Part shown: one piece after another, positions 36,272-46,224 of the stretch
Position numbering within the stretch: position 1 is the first letter of the stretch
Layout: each line of letters opens with the position of its first letter
Position numbers and translations under genes: made by a program
The notes under the pieces: generated by a model
The model's input: the letters and a program-made list of their open reading frames with translations, nothing else
Told to the model about the DNA's origin: nothing
Database searches by the model: none
Origin: a virus
Strand: one strand, 5' to 3'
Length of the DNA stretch: 64,000 bases
Virus record (IMG/VR): IMGVR_UViG_3300032783_000063
Location: 37,306 to 101,305 of that record

Positions 36272-37719
36272 CCTTGCGCATCGGCAGTTTGTGCTCCGGC
36301 TACGCCGGCCTGGACATGGCCATCCAGTCAGTCATCGGCGGCGAGCTCGCCTGGGTTGCGGACAATGACCCCGGCGCGTCAAAGATCCTCGCTCACCACT
36401 ACCCCCGCGTTCCCAACCTGGGGGACCTCAGCGAGGTGGACTGGGGCAGCGTCGAACCCGTGGACGTGGCCGCGATGGGCTTCCCCTGCCAGGACGTGTC
36501 CTGCGCCGGGGCTCGGGCGGGTCTGCGGGAGGGCAACCGCACCGGCGTGTGGAACTACTGCGCGACCGCGATCAGCGTCCTCCGCCCGCCTTTGGTGATC
36601 ATCGAGAATGTGAGGGGGCTGCTCAGTGCCTACGCCGACAGCAACATGGAACCCTGCCCGTGGTGTGTGGGAGACGCCGGAGACGAACTTGTTCTGCGAG
36701 CATGCGGGGCTGTTCTCGGAGACCTGGCCAGTCTCGGGTATGACGCGGAGTGGACGGTTGTTTCCGCGGCCGACGCTGGCGCCCCGCACCGCCGCGAACG
36801 GGTGTTCATCGTCGCGTGGCCTGCTGCCGACACCGCAGGCGCGCGATGGGGCCGGGGCGAAGACGCCAGAGCAGATAGCTGTGATGCGGGCACGTGGTCA
36901 TGGGGTGTCGAACCTGAACGAGGTCGCGCCGACGTTACTGAAGACGCCGACGGCGCAGCTGGCGGTGAACGGCGGAAGTCAGCACCCGGACAAACGCCGG
37001 GCGGGCGGGCACGGGCCGACGCTGGCCGACCAGATAGAACACCTCCTGCCCACGCCCAGGGCGACGGACGGGACGAAAGGCGGCCCGAACCAGCGAGGCT
37101 CAGCAGGAGACCTGATGCTCCCGTCAGCGGTCCAACATCTCCTGCCGACCCCGGCCGCGAGGGACTGGAAGTCCGGGCAGTCGAACATGATGGACCGGAA
37201 CGCCCGACCGCTGAACGAGGTCGTGGAAATGCTCCTGCCAACACCGGGTGCGTGCGACTGGAAGGGCTCCGGCCAGACCCAGGGCCGCACACGGGGCGGT
37301 CGGCCCCGGTCGCCTGGGGACAAGGACCTGCCCGAAGCGATAGCGCTCCTGCCGACCCCCAGGGCGAGCGACGGACTAGGTGGAACGGCACACAACCGCA
37401 GCTGGTCCACGACGGACCGGAGCCTGCACACGCTGATCCATACCGGGGAACTTGGGGCGCCTACGAGCCAGCTATCAGACGCTGGGAAGCCACCCTCAGG
37501 CGCCCCGCGCCAAGCCCAACTGAGCCCGGGCGAACCGGAGACCGCCTGAGCCCGGCGTTCGTCGAGTTCATGATGGGCCTGCCCGACGGGTGGATCACCG
37601 ACGTCCCCGGGCTGTCAAGGAACGACCAGCTCAAAGCCCTCGGCAACGGTGTCGTCCCCCAGCAGGCCGCCCTCGCGCTGCGGCTCCTGCTGCCATCCCT
37701 GACGGCGGCCGCAGCATGA
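36268..37719 (+). CDS. DNA cytosine-5 methyltransferase
   Basis: SLCSGYAG (I), GFPCQDVS (IV), ENV (VI), PHRRERVFI (VIII), LGNGVVP (X). Confidence 0.9.
   Translation: MTLRIGSLCSGYAGLDMAIQSVIGGELAWVADNDPGASKILAHHYPRVPNLGDLSEVDWGSVEPVDVAAMGFPCQDVSCAGARAGLREGNRTGVWNYCATAISVLRPPLVIIENVRGLLSAYADSNMEPCPWCVGDAGDELVLRACGAVLGDLASLGYDAEWTVVSAADAGAPHRRERVFIVAWPAADTAGARWGRGEDARADSCDAGTWSWGVEPERGRADVTEDADGAAGGERRKSAPGQTPGGRARADAGRPDRTPPAHAQGDGRDERRPEPARLSRRPDAPVSGPTSPADPGREGLEVRAVEHDGPERPTAERGRGNAPANTGCVRLEGLRPDPGPHTGRSAPVAWGQGPARSDSAPADPQGERRTRWNGTQPQLVHDGPEPAHADPYRGTWGAYEPAIRRWEATLRRPAPSPTEPGRTGDRLSPAFVEFMMGLPDGWITDVPGLSRNDQLKALGNGVVPQQAALALRLLLPSLTAAAA
36626..37549 (+). CDS. nested alternative-frame ORF with LLPTP-x-A-x-D repeats (putative MTase second subunit)
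   Basis: 307-aa open frame inside the MTase with six LLPTP/LLKTP repeats. Confidence 0.6.
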   Translation: MPTPTATWNPARGVWETPETNLFCEHAGLFSETWPVSGMTRSGRLFPRPTLAPRTAANGCSSSRGLLPTPQARDGAGAKTPEQIAVMRARGHGVSNLNEVAPTLLKTPTAQLAVNGGSQHPDKRRAGGHGPTLADQIEHLLPTPRATDGTKGGPNQRGSAGDLMLPSAVQHLLPTPAARDWKSGQSNMMDRNARPLNEVVEMLLPTPGACDWKGSGQTQGRTRGGRPRSPGDKDLPEAIALLPTPRASDGLGGTAHNRSWSTTDRSLHTLIHTGELGAPTSQLSDAGKPPSGAPRQAQLSPGEPETA

Positions 37720-38054
37720 CCCGCATCGCCGACCAGGTATCCGCCGAGCGCATTCAGCGCGCCGCCAAAGGCGAACCCAACCCCGTCGTCGTCGGCCGTG
37801 AACTCGGCGGCGAAGCGTGCCTCTCCATGCCCTCGATCAGCGCCAAGGAGAAAGCCGCAGAAGAGCGCCGCGCAGCCCGGTATGCAACCCGCTGCACCAT
37901 GCTCGCCGTCCACGGCTGCGCCGCCCCCAGACGCCGCCAGTCCCCAGAAGGCCAGTTCCTTGACCTGGTCCTGCGGGCCCTCGGGTTAGCCCCCGACCCC
38001 GTCAAACCCGCCATCCCCAGGAAACGCAAATACGGAGAGGCCATCCCGAGGTGA
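37716..38054 (+). CDS. hypothetical protein
   Basis: ATGA overlap. Confidence 0.5.
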   Translation: MTRIADQVSAERIQRAAKGEPNPVVVGRELGGEACLSMPSISAKEKAAEERRAARYATRCTMLAVHGCAAPRRRQSPEGQFLDLVLRALGLAPDPVKPAIPRKRKYGEAIPR

Positions 38055-38299
38055 ACGACTGGAGGCTGCGCGCGAACTGCCGGGGCATGGACCCCGACCT
38101 GTTCTTCCCCTTGTCCCGCACCGCGCCCATCGACCCCCGGGTGAAAGCCGCGTGCCGGGACTGCCTGGTCATGCGGGACTGCCACGACGACGCGGAGCGG
38201 CGGCAGGAGGCGTGGGGGATACGGGCGGGGATCAACCGGGAACTGCTGCCGTGGCGGCGGCGGGCGGTACAGCGGTCGCGGGGGAAGGTGCCAGCGTGA
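38051..38299 (+). CDS. whiB: WhiB-family regulator
   Basis: DWRLRANCRGMDPDLFFP...ACRDCLVMRDC...WGIRAG. Confidence 0.8.
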   Translation: MNDWRLRANCRGMDPDLFFPLSRTAPIDPRVKAACRDCLVMRDCHDDAERRQEAWGIRAGINRELLPWRRRAVQRSRGKVPA

Positions 38300-38304
38300 A
38301 CAGG

Positions 38305-38541
38305 TCAGGCAGCCCGGTCCGGGCGCGACACGCCGGCGGCCTTGCGAAGTTCCGGCACCGTGATACGGCTGATCGTCGCCCTGTCATAGAAACGCCCGAT
38401 CTTCTCTTCCAGGTCAGCGACCTTGAGGGCGGGATCTTCCATGCGGGCCTGGACGAGCAGCTGCTTGATCCGGTCAATGCGGCGCTGGCGGATCGCATCA
38501 GACCGGCGCACTGCCTTCACTTCGGCGAGCAGTTCGTCCAT
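38305..38541 (-). CDS. small putative HTH protein (opposite strand)
   Basis: RBS GGAGG; VADLEEKIGRFYDRATISRI. Confidence 0.5.
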   Translation of the reverse strand: MDELLAEVKAVRRSDAIRQRRIDRIKQLLVQARMEDPALKVADLEEKIGRFYDRATISRITVPELRKAAGVSRPDRAA

Positions 38542-38720
38542 CGTGTCCACGCCTCCATCATCTGTTATCACCAGTCACCACCACAAGTCATGCACGGGTC
38601 AATGATACCACGCCTGCGTTCGAGACAGGACCGGTCCGCATGACGGCCACCGATGATATATAGTCATGATCGCAGGTTACAAGAAGAGCCACCCTGGACA
38701 ACGGCAGATGGTGGGGCCAT

Positions 38721-39602
38721 ATGGCGAACAGCGTTTTGGACTGGGTCTGGGCAAACTCCCAGTCCCGGCATGCTGCGCGCCTGGTGATGCTCTCTCTGGC
38801 TGACAGCACCAAGACTCCCGGCGGCTGGACGTGGCCGAGTGTCGCATCGCTCATGCAGCGCACAGGGCTCAAGGAGCGGGCCGTGCAGACCGCGCTCATC
38901 GAACTGGCCAGGATGGGCGAGCTAGCCGTCGAGTACAACGCCGGGCCGAAAGGCTGCAACCGCTACAAGGTCACCTGTCAGACCCCCGCAGAATCTGCAC
39001 CCCCCGCAGAATCTGCACCCCCGCAAACTTTGCGGGGTAACGATTTGTCCGAATCGGTATCTTCGCAGGTCGGCGACCCTACCCCCGCAGAATCTGCACC
39101 CCCCGCAGAATCTGCACCCCCGCAAACTTTGCGGCTGACCCCCGCAGAATCTGCACCCGGAACCGTAAGAGAACCGAACTCTCCTACGGAGAGTTCAACA
39201 ACATCTTGTGCAAATACCGCCGCCGTCCTCTTCGGCACGCCCGCCGGGCCACCGAAGACCAGACGCGGCCGTAGGACGACACCGACAGGTGACCCCCGCT
39301 TCGATGAGTGGTATCAGGCGTACCCGGTTCACAGATCACGCGGCGATGCTGAGAAAGCGTGGGCCGAAGCACTCGCTGACGAAGCAGACCCCGCCCAGCT
39401 CACTGCAGCGGCGAGGGCGTATCACGACGACCCGGACGTCTTGCGTGGCTACGCAAAACTCCCGGCCACCTGGCTGCGGAAGAAGTGCTGGCTAGACGAG
39501 CCCCCGCCACCGCCGCGCGTCCCGTTCGCCAGCAACGGACACGGACCTGCAGGCAAAACAACTAACTACACCGATGAGGAGTACCAGCGTGGCTGGACCT
39601 GA
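38721..39602 (+). CDS. phage replication initiator (N-terminal wHTH)
   Basis: WVW...RLVMLSLAD...WPSVASL...GL.ERAVQ.AL..L...G; C-terminal FDEWY.AYP...PATWL; internal iterons. Confidence 0.85.
   Translation: MANSVLDWVWANSQSRHAARLVMLSLADSTKTPGGWTWPSVASLMQRTGLKERAVQTALIELARMGELAVEYNAGPKGCNRYKVTCQTPAESAPPAESAPPQTLRGNDLSESVSSQVGDPTPAESAPPAESAPPQTLRLTPAESAPGTVREPNSPTESSTTSCANTAAVLFGTPAGPPKTRRGRRTTPTGDPRFDEWYQAYPVHRSRGDAEKAWAEALADEADPAQLTAAARAYHDDPDVLRGYAKLPATWLRKKCWLDEPPPPPRVPFASNGHGPAGKTTNYTDEEYQRGWT
38982..39158. repeat. replication-origin iterons (5 x CCCCCGCAGAATCTGCAC)
   Basis: Read directly; inside the initiator gene as in lambda O. Confidence 0.8.
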
Positions 39603-40299
39603 TGCACACGAAAACCTGCTCGGCAAGTTCCCCGGCGCGGTATCTGCCACATGCGACGGCCGGGGGGCCGTGAACCTGGAAGTCGCAGGTGAGGCCCCCG
39701 GCTGGCGGTCAGCGCGGTGCCCGATCTGCGCTGGAAAGAAAGTTTCCGCTGCTGTTGCGGGGTTTGTTCCGCCACGGTTCCGTGACCCGATCAATGTGCC
39801 CGCTGACGTCACGGAATGGGCGGCCCGCGGCCGGACTGCGCAGGGGCTTTACCTGGCTGGCCAGGTCGGTACCGGCAAGACTCATGCTGCATGGGTAGCC
39901 ACGGCTGAGTGGTGTCTGGCCACAGGGACGCTCCCGCATGGCGAAGACGAGCACTGGACTGTCGGCCGGGTGAGACCCACTGTCATTTTCACTCGCATGA
40001 CGGATCTTCTGGACGATCTGCGGCCTGGTGATGAAGCACGTCAGCGGGTTCGGGACTGCCAGTACGCTGACCTGCTGGTCCTGGACGATCTGGGCGCCGA
40101 GAAAGCGTCAGAGTGGACGCAAGAACGCATCTACAGCGTCATCGACCACCGTTATGTGACGTGCTTGCCGCTGATTGTCACGAGCAACCTGCCGCCGACC
40201 AAGCTTTCCGGGCAGACCGGCGAGCGCGTCGCGAGCCGGCTCGCCGAGATGTGCCTTGTGGTGCCGATGACTGGCCGCGACAGGCGGCGGCAGTCATGA
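39589..40299 (+). CDS. DnaC/IstB-like helicase loader
   Basis: GQVGTGKT, LLVLDDLGAE, IVTSN, ERVASRL. Confidence 0.88.
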   Translation: MAGPDAHENLLGKFPGAVSATCDGRGAVNLEVAGEAPGWRSARCPICAGKKVSAAVAGFVPPRFRDPINVPADVTEWAARGRTAQGLYLAGQVGTGKTHAAWVATAEWCLATGTLPHGEDEHWTVGRVRPTVIFTRMTDLLDDLRPGDEARQRVRDCQYADLLVLDDLGAEKASEWTQERIYSVIDHRYVTCLPLIVTSNLPPTKLSGQTGERVASRLAEMCLVVPMTGRDRRRQS

Positions 40300-41642
40300 C
40301 GGTCATCGACGCGCCGCCGGTGGTCATGCCGGACGTTGACCTCGCCGAGAAGGCCGTCCTGGCGGCGATGCTGGCGTCCCGCCGTGCAGCGGAGACGCTG
40401 ATCGAGATCCTGCCGTCGGCGGATTGTTTCGGCAGCCAGATCCACCGGGCCGTGTACGACGCTGTCCGGTATGTGACGGAAAGCGGGGAGCCGCATGAGC
40501 CGCCGTCGGTGCTGAAGCGGCTTGTCGCCGTCGAGGCGGGGGTTTGGCGGACCGGCCAGGCGGGGGTGATCCTCGCCGGCCTGGCCGGTTATGTGACGGC
40601 GTCGTACGAGGCGCATGCCCGGACGGTCCTGAACGCTGCGGTGCGCCGCCGGGGCGAGGTGGCGCTGCTGCAAATCGCGGACCTGCTGAAGGATCCGGCG
40701 TTTGATCCTGAGGGCGGCGGTGACCTGGCGCGGAAGCTGCTGGATGACGCCCTGACAGTGTCGGGTGATAACGGGGCTGCGGTTCCGGTGTCGGAATTGT
40801 TCGTGTCGTCGTTCGAGCGGCTGGAGGCGGGGAAGCAGCCGGGTGTCGTGCAGGTGCCGTGGCTGGATCTGCGGAGTCTGGTGCCGTGGCTGCGGCCGGG
40901 CCAGCTGGTGACGATCGCGGCGCGGCCGTCGCTGGGCAAATCGCTGCTGGGTCAGGACATTGCCCGGCATGTGGCGATGCGCCAGCACCTGCCGGTGATC
41001 TTGTTCACGATGGAGATGGACCGCGACGAGGTCATGGACCGTCTCATCGCTGCTGAGTCGTCGGTGCTGCTGAAGCGGATCACCGACTCCACCCTGGATG
41101 AGGACGAGTGGGATCGGATCGCGGCCACATCACCGCGGTTCGCCGACTCGAAGCTGATCATTGATGACACGCCGCAGATCACGCTGGCGCATATCCGGGC
41201 CCGGCTGCGGGGCATGGCGCGGAAAGATCCGGCGCAGGTGGCGATCGTCGATTACCTGCAGCTGATGGACGGCGCGGGCGGGGAGAACCGGCAGCAGGAG
41301 GTTGCCCGGCTGGTGTCGGGGCTGAAGGCGATTGCCCGCGAGTTCCGGATCCCGGTGGTGATGCTGTGCCAGCTGAACCGGGGACCTGAGGCCCGGCATG
41401 ACAAACGTCCGTACATGTCGGATGCCCGTGAGTCGGGCGCGGTTGAGAACGATTCGGATATCGCGATCCTGATTCACCGCCCGGATCACTATGAGGCCGA
41501 GTCGCCGCGTGCGGGTGAGGCGGACCTGATCGTGGACAAGAACCGGAATGGGCCGCGGGCGACGGTGACGGTGGGGTTCCAGGGTCACTACGGCCGGTTC
41601 GTTGATCTGGCGCCTGCGCATCTGGCGGGCGGTGTGCGATGA
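40296..41642 (+). CDS. dnaB: replicative DNA helicase DnaB
   Basis: AARPSLGKS, IVDYLQL, QLNR, DARESGAVENDSD, KNRNG. Confidence 0.95.
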   Translation: MTVIDAPPVVMPDVDLAEKAVLAAMLASRRAAETLIEILPSADCFGSQIHRAVYDAVRYVTESGEPHEPPSVLKRLVAVEAGVWRTGQAGVILAGLAGYVTASYEAHARTVLNAAVRRRGEVALLQIADLLKDPAFDPEGGGDLARKLLDDALTVSGDNGAAVPVSELFVSSFERLEAGKQPGVVQVPWLDLRSLVPWLRPGQLVTIAARPSLGKSLLGQDIARHVAMRQHLPVILFTMEMDRDEVMDRLIAAESSVLLKRITDSTLDEDEWDRIAATSPRFADSKLIIDDTPQITLAHIRARLRGMARKDPAQVAIVDYLQLMDGAGGENRQQEVARLVSGLKAIAREFRIPVVMLCQLNRGPEARHDKRPYMSDARESGAVENDSDIAILIHRPDHYEAESPRAGEADLIVDKNRNGPRATVTVGFQGHYGRFVDLAPAHLAGGVR

Positions 41643-41842
41643 CCTTGCCCCGGCCTGCCGATAACTGCGGGGAGTGCGTGACGCAGGAGCGGGCGATCAC
41701 TGCCCGGCCGTATCTGGTGCGCGGTGATGGCCCGGATGGTGTGCGGGCGTACTACCGGTGCGGCGGCTGCGGGCATCAGTGGTGGACGTCCTGGAACACG
41801 TTCGGGATGGAAGCGGAAGAGACGGGAGCTGGTGCGGCGTGA
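41639..41842 (+). CDS. small Zn-ribbon protein
   Basis: CGEC...YRCGGCGH.W. Confidence 0.55.
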   Translation: MTLPRPADNCGECVTQERAITARPYLVRGDGPDGVRAYYRCGGCGHQWWTSWNTFGMEAEETGAGAA

Positions 41843-42310
41843 GAGCCGAGATGGGCCTGTGTGGCTGCGGGAGCACGTTTCCGCGGCCGAAGGGCGAGAC
41901 GTACACGCAGTGCCTGGGCTGCCAGACGACGGCCCGGCTCGGGCGGGCTGGCCTGACGGCCGCCGACCCGCAGGTAGCCGCCCTGGCGGCGAGGATCACG
42001 AACGCATATGCGGCGGCCCGGCGGCGTGCCGGGCTTGACGACGCCGCAGCGGCGGGGGGGCTGGCGTGAGCATCGAGCCGGACCCGCAGGCACGGTGGAT
42101 CCGGGCCGCCATGGAGGGCATGCGGGACCGGGACTCGGGTGTGGCGCACTGGGATGTGACGCGGATCGGGCTGATCGAGGTGCTGCCGGAGGTGGTGGCG
42201 ACGTGGGGCCTGGCGGATCAGGCGGATCTCGCGGACCGGCTGCTGGCGCTGCTGCCGCCGAGGTCCCCATAATCGGCGAACTATCAGCAATCAAGTCAAA
42301 TCGTTAGAAA

Positions 42311-42598
42311 GTGGAAGTTATGAATGGTCACGAACTCGCGCGGCAGATCATCGACAAGCACGGCATCGACAGGTACCCGGACAAGTACCTGCAGGCCCTC
42401 AAGGTCATGGAGGAAATCGGCGAGCTCACAGGCGAGCTGCTCAAGAACCCAGACGGGCCGGGGGTGCTGAAGGAGTATGCCGATGTTGGGCTGGCGCTGT
42501 ACGCGCTGGGCAACAAGTTGGGCATCGACCTGGACGATGCGATGCGGCAGGTCATCGGCGGCGAAACGCGAACTTTCGCGAAGGTGACCGTGCGATGA
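42311..42598 (+). CDS. MazG-like nucleotide pyrophosphohydrolase
   Basis: KVMEEIGEL...EYADV. Confidence 0.7.
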   Translation: MEVMNGHELARQIIDKHGIDRYPDKYLQALKVMEEIGELTGELLKNPDGPGVLKEYADVGLALYALGNKLGIDLDDAMRQVIGGETRTFAKVTVR

Positions 42599-42834
42599 GT
42601 GTGTGCAAATGCTCGCCGTGCGGCCGTGAGTTCACCGGGCTGAGCACGTTCGACAGGCATCAGGACGTGAACTACAACCGGCGGCCTGCGGTCGTCTGTG
42701 TGGATCCTGCTGGTCTTGGCATGGTTCAGAACAGATCGGGGCGGTGGGGGTTCCCGCTGGATGAGTCCGGCCGGGCATGGCTGGAGTCGCTGAGGGCCGC
42801 AGAGGCGGATGCTGCGGGGGAGGCCGGCCCGTGA
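42595..42834 (+). CDS. small Zn-binding protein (FDxH type)
   Basis: CSPCGREFTGLSTFDRHQ...C.DP. Confidence 0.65.
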   Translation: MSVCKCSPCGREFTGLSTFDRHQDVNYNRRPAVVCVDPAGLGMVQNRSGRWGFPLDESGRAWLESLRAAEADAAGEAGP

Positions 42835-42957
42835 ATGCCCCTAGCCGTCGATCCCTGCGATTTCTGCGGGCCGTTCAGGGGCGTCTGGACACAACACTTA
42901 GGCCAGGCATTCCTGAGCCCGCAAAACGGCTCTCAGCGCTTCGCGGGGTGACGGGTC

Positions 42958-43176
42958 GTGGCTGAGATCCGGCTGAAGCCCAAAGACGCCCGGGCGAAGT
43001 ACGTCCGCGACTACCGCCGCAACCACCCCGAGTACCGGGCCCGGAACAACCGCATGGCCCGCGCCCGCAAACGCGCCCAGGAGGCCCTGGCCCGCCGCTA
43101 CCCCGACGACTACCGGCGGCTGTACTGGGAGGAACTCGGGAAACTCCACGACGCGGGACTGCTGGACTCGCCGTGA
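42958..43176 (+). CDS. basic hypothetical protein
   Basis: ORF; AL.RRYPDDY.RLY.EE motif. Confidence 0.55.
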   Translation: MAEIRLKPKDARAKYVRDYRRNHPEYRARNNRMARARKRAQEALARRYPDDYRRLYWEELGKLHDAGLLDSP

Positions 43177-44017
43177 AACTCATCATCCGCTCCGCCGCGC
43201 ACGGCCTTTACGATATTGAGGTTGATGGTCTGCGCGTCGGCCACATCATTAACGAGCGGGACGACTGCGGCAGGCGGAACGGGAGACGCGTCGCGCGGCT
43301 CTACACCCACCCCGGCCGTCCCGACATCAAAGCTGGCCTGATGTCGCGGCTGCGGCTCCGGGATCTCCGCGCTGACCTGCGGGAACACCTCAGAGAGAAT
43401 GGTCCGTGGTGGACATCGCCACCGGAAACCCGTTGACGACTGGAAAGCCTGGCGTAACATCCAGGGAAAGCACAAGGCAACCATTCAGGAGCGCCAGTGA
43501 CTGCAACTGTTTACTGCCAGTGCCGGAAGATCATCGCCCGCTGTGAGGCCATGGGCGGATGCGAGTTCGACGGGTGGGTGCATGATTTCACCCGCGACCA
43601 TTTCTGTGGTGACGGGGAGATGGTCGCGGCGCCCGCCGGGCCTGTGCCGTCGGCCGCCCCGTCGGGGTGGGTTGTGCTCAGTTCCGATGATCCGCTGCTG
43701 TCACGAGACGAAGCGGTCGAGGTCGCGGCGAAGGGAAATCTGCGGCGGTCGCTGAAGGGCGAGCCGCAGCGGTACGTGGTCGCGGCGGTCAAGGTCGAGA
43801 GCGCGGCCCTTGAGAGCCGCCCGCGGCTACGTAATGCGGCCGGAAACGGCGCATAGATCCTCGCAGCGTGACTATTCTGTTACTGTCGGTTGGCGTTTCG
43901 CGTACCAATGTGACTCTTGACGTGGGATGATGCCGGTGCGCAACCGCCCGCGCGGGGAGAGGGTCCGGCCGGACCCGGGGCGGGAACGGTATACCGAGCT
44001 CAAAGGAGCAGATCATC

Positions 44018-44740
44018 ATGTTCAAGACAACCGCCAGGATCGCCGCGGCCGGGTTCGCCGCCAGCGCCCTGGCCCTCGCCGGCGCAGCCGCCGCGAACGC
44101 AGCCGCCCGCCCGGACGCCACCAACGCCTGCGGCGCAGCCTGCACTGACGTCATCTTCCAGAACCCCGGCGCGACCGGGCTTCCCGAGTCGGCGACCCTG
44201 GCCGGCAACGCGAACACCTACGTCAACCTCGACCAGGGCAGCAACACCAACGCGCGCGAGGACTTCACCCCGATCGCCGAAGGCACAGTCGTCCCGCTGT
44301 GGTGCAAGGCATCGGGCGCGAAGCAGGCCGGGTCGGTGTTCACGAACCACCAGTGCGCCCTGATCAAGAGCGCGGCCCTGACGGCTGCGACGTCGTTCGA
44401 GTTCAACTACAACCCGAACAACGGCGGCAGCAACGAGTGCGTCGGTGACTTTCACGGCCAGACCCCGGTCCCGTCGGGCTACCGGTTCCGTCTTACCCCG
44501 TGCGGCCAGACCGCAGCCAGTGTCGTGATCGTGTCGAATCACCTGCCCGGCGGCGTTCACACGCAGGCCGGCACGGTGATGGTGATCTCCGGCGGAAGCG
44601 ACAACTTCTCCCGGCCGATCGTCGCGACCTCGACCGGCAGCGCCCTGTTCCCGCAGCCGCTGAAGTGGACGCAGGTCAGCATCAACGGCGGTGTCGTGTC
44701 GGACACGCAGGTCGTGAAGCTGGCGCCTGCGCCGTTCTAG
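44018..44740 (+). CDS. secreted protein
   Basis: Sec signal peptide, six Cys, RBS AAAGGAG. Confidence 0.75.
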   Translation: MFKTTARIAAAGFAASALALAGAAAANAAARPDATNACGAACTDVIFQNPGATGLPESATLAGNANTYVNLDQGSNTNAREDFTPIAEGTVVPLWCKASGAKQAGSVFTNHQCALIKSAALTAATSFEFNYNPNNGGSNECVGDFHGQTPVPSGYRFRLTPCGQTAASVVIVSNHLPGGVHTQAGTVMVISGGSDNFSRPIVATSTGSALFPQPLKWTQVSINGGVVSDTQVVKLAPAPF

Positions 44741-44885
44741 GCCGCTGGCCGGCGCGGCGTTTTCCTGACAGGACGCCGCGAAGGGCGGGCGCTGCGGTCC
44801 GACGACGGCCGGGCTCGTCCTGGGGCCCCTGCCCGCAGCGTGACCTGCGGGCAGGGGCCTTTCCCGTGGGAGAGGGGGATGGCTG

Positions 44886-45287
44886 GTGTCGGAGGGGGAG
44901 CGGGACGCGCGGATCGTGCAGCGGCTGATCGCGGCGGGGGTGATCCCGGTGGTGGTGTCGCTGGTGGCGCGGCCGCTGTTCGTGCATGCCGGGATGTTCG
45001 GGTTCGGGCGTCTGCGGGGGACCGGGAAGGCGTGCGCGGTTCAGTGGCTGCGGCTGGCGCGGGGGGTGCCGGGCCTGCGGATGCACCAGGTGGCCGGGGG
45101 TGTGGTGCTGATGGCGGCGGTGGCGGCTGCCGCGGGGGTTCTGGGGGTGACGGCTGTGCTGACCCGGCGCCCCGCGGGGCGGCATGCGGTAGGCGCGCCG
45201 GTGCTGGTGCCGCTGGTGGTGTTCGACGGCCGCGGCGGCGACACGTTCGAGATGACTGTCATACAGGAGGCGGGCTGGGCTGCTTGA
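44886..45287 (+). CDS. membrane protein
   Basis: Hydrophobic segments. Confidence 0.5.
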   Translation: MSEGERDARIVQRLIAAGVIPVVVSLVARPLFVHAGMFGFGRLRGTGKACAVQWLRLARGVPGLRMHQVAGGVVLMAAVAAAAGVLGVTAVLTRRPAGRHAVGAPVLVPLVVFDGRGGDTFEMTVIQEAGWAA

Positions 45288-45326
45288 CAGCTGGTAGTAC
45301 CGGGTCATAGACTGGTACTACCAGCT
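45284..45326 (+). promoter_or_regulatory. sigma70-type promoter embedded in 13-bp perfect inverted repeat
   Basis: TTGACA(45284)-18nt-TAGACT(45308); AGCTGGTAGTACC/GGTACTACCAGCT. Confidence 0.75.
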
Positions 45327-45343
45327 AAGCAAGGGAGCCAAAA

Positions 45344-45556
45344 ATGGGCGAGACACTCAGCAATGCCGAACAATCAGTAAGAGCGTTCATGGACGCGCAT
45401 CGCGGGCAGTGGATGACTGCGAGAGAAGTCGCCAAGGGTACTGGCTGCCGACTGCCAGTGGCTGAGGACTTCCTGCTCATCATGGCACTAGACGCTGAGA
45501 TTGACAGGAAGCTAAGCGCGCCAGGTCAGTCTGGGCACCTATGGCGGATGCCATGA
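45344..45556 (+). CDS. small winged-helix protein
   Basis: WMTAREVAKGTG; RBS AAGGGAG. Confidence 0.55.
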   Translation: MGETLSNAEQSVRAFMDAHRGQWMTAREVAKGTGCRLPVAEDFLLIMALDAEIDRKLSAPGQSGHLWRMP

Positions 45557-45730
45557 AACTCAGCGATAGGGAACTAGCGGATGCCGAGCGCATCGCCGCC
45601 CGCTACCACATGCCTCTGGCCGGTGTCATACACCTTGGCGAGGTGCTCAAGAACCTGCCCGTGGGCGAGGCGATCACCGCAGCCACCCTCGGCTACACCC
45701 CGCCGCCGCCGAAGCACGGGAAGCACGAAG

Positions 45731-45919
45731 ATGCCTGACGAGCACCTGCGGCGGCCGCTCAGCGCCCGCCCCCCGGAAGCCCTTGAAACGTGGCTGCGTG
45801 AGCACGCCGCGGAAACAGGACACCCCCTCAACGCCATCATCACGGAAGCACTCACCCGCTACCGCGCATGGATCACCAGCAGGACCGACGAGCACGCCGA
45901 AGAAGATGACCAGTCATGA
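45731..45919 (+). CDS. ribbon-helix-helix (Arc-like) protein
   Basis: PLSARPPEALETWLREHAAETGHPLNAIITEAL. Confidence 0.65.
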   Translation: MPDEHLRRPLSARPPEALETWLREHAAETGHPLNAIITEALTRYRAWITSRTDEHAEEDDQS

Positions 45920-46224
45920 CCACAGGGAATGGCACCTACCATCCTACGTCCCCCCGCCGCGCCATCCACGACCGCCTGGCGGCCGCCCGCCAGGCCGAGA
46001 CTGACCTCGACGCGGCAATCGCCCGCGTCACCGTCCCGCAGCGGATCCTCACCGCCGCCGACCAGATCTTCCTCCAGGCGTACCGGTCGTCGGGTCCTGC
46101 CCAGTCCCGGATGGCGTACATCGCGGCGATCGCGGATGCGCCCGGCGCGCAGCTGCTGGCAGCGCTGGCGCACCGCACCTACCTGAACGACCAGGCATGG
46201 AACCATTCAAGGAGCGCAGCATGA
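45916..46224 (+). CDS. hypothetical protein
   Basis: Coupled ORF. Confidence 0.5.
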   Translation: MTTGNGTYHPTSPRRAIHDRLAAARQAETDLDAAIARVTVPQRILTAADQIFLQAYRSSGPAQSRMAYIAAIADAPGAQLLAALAHRTYLNDQAWNHSRSAA

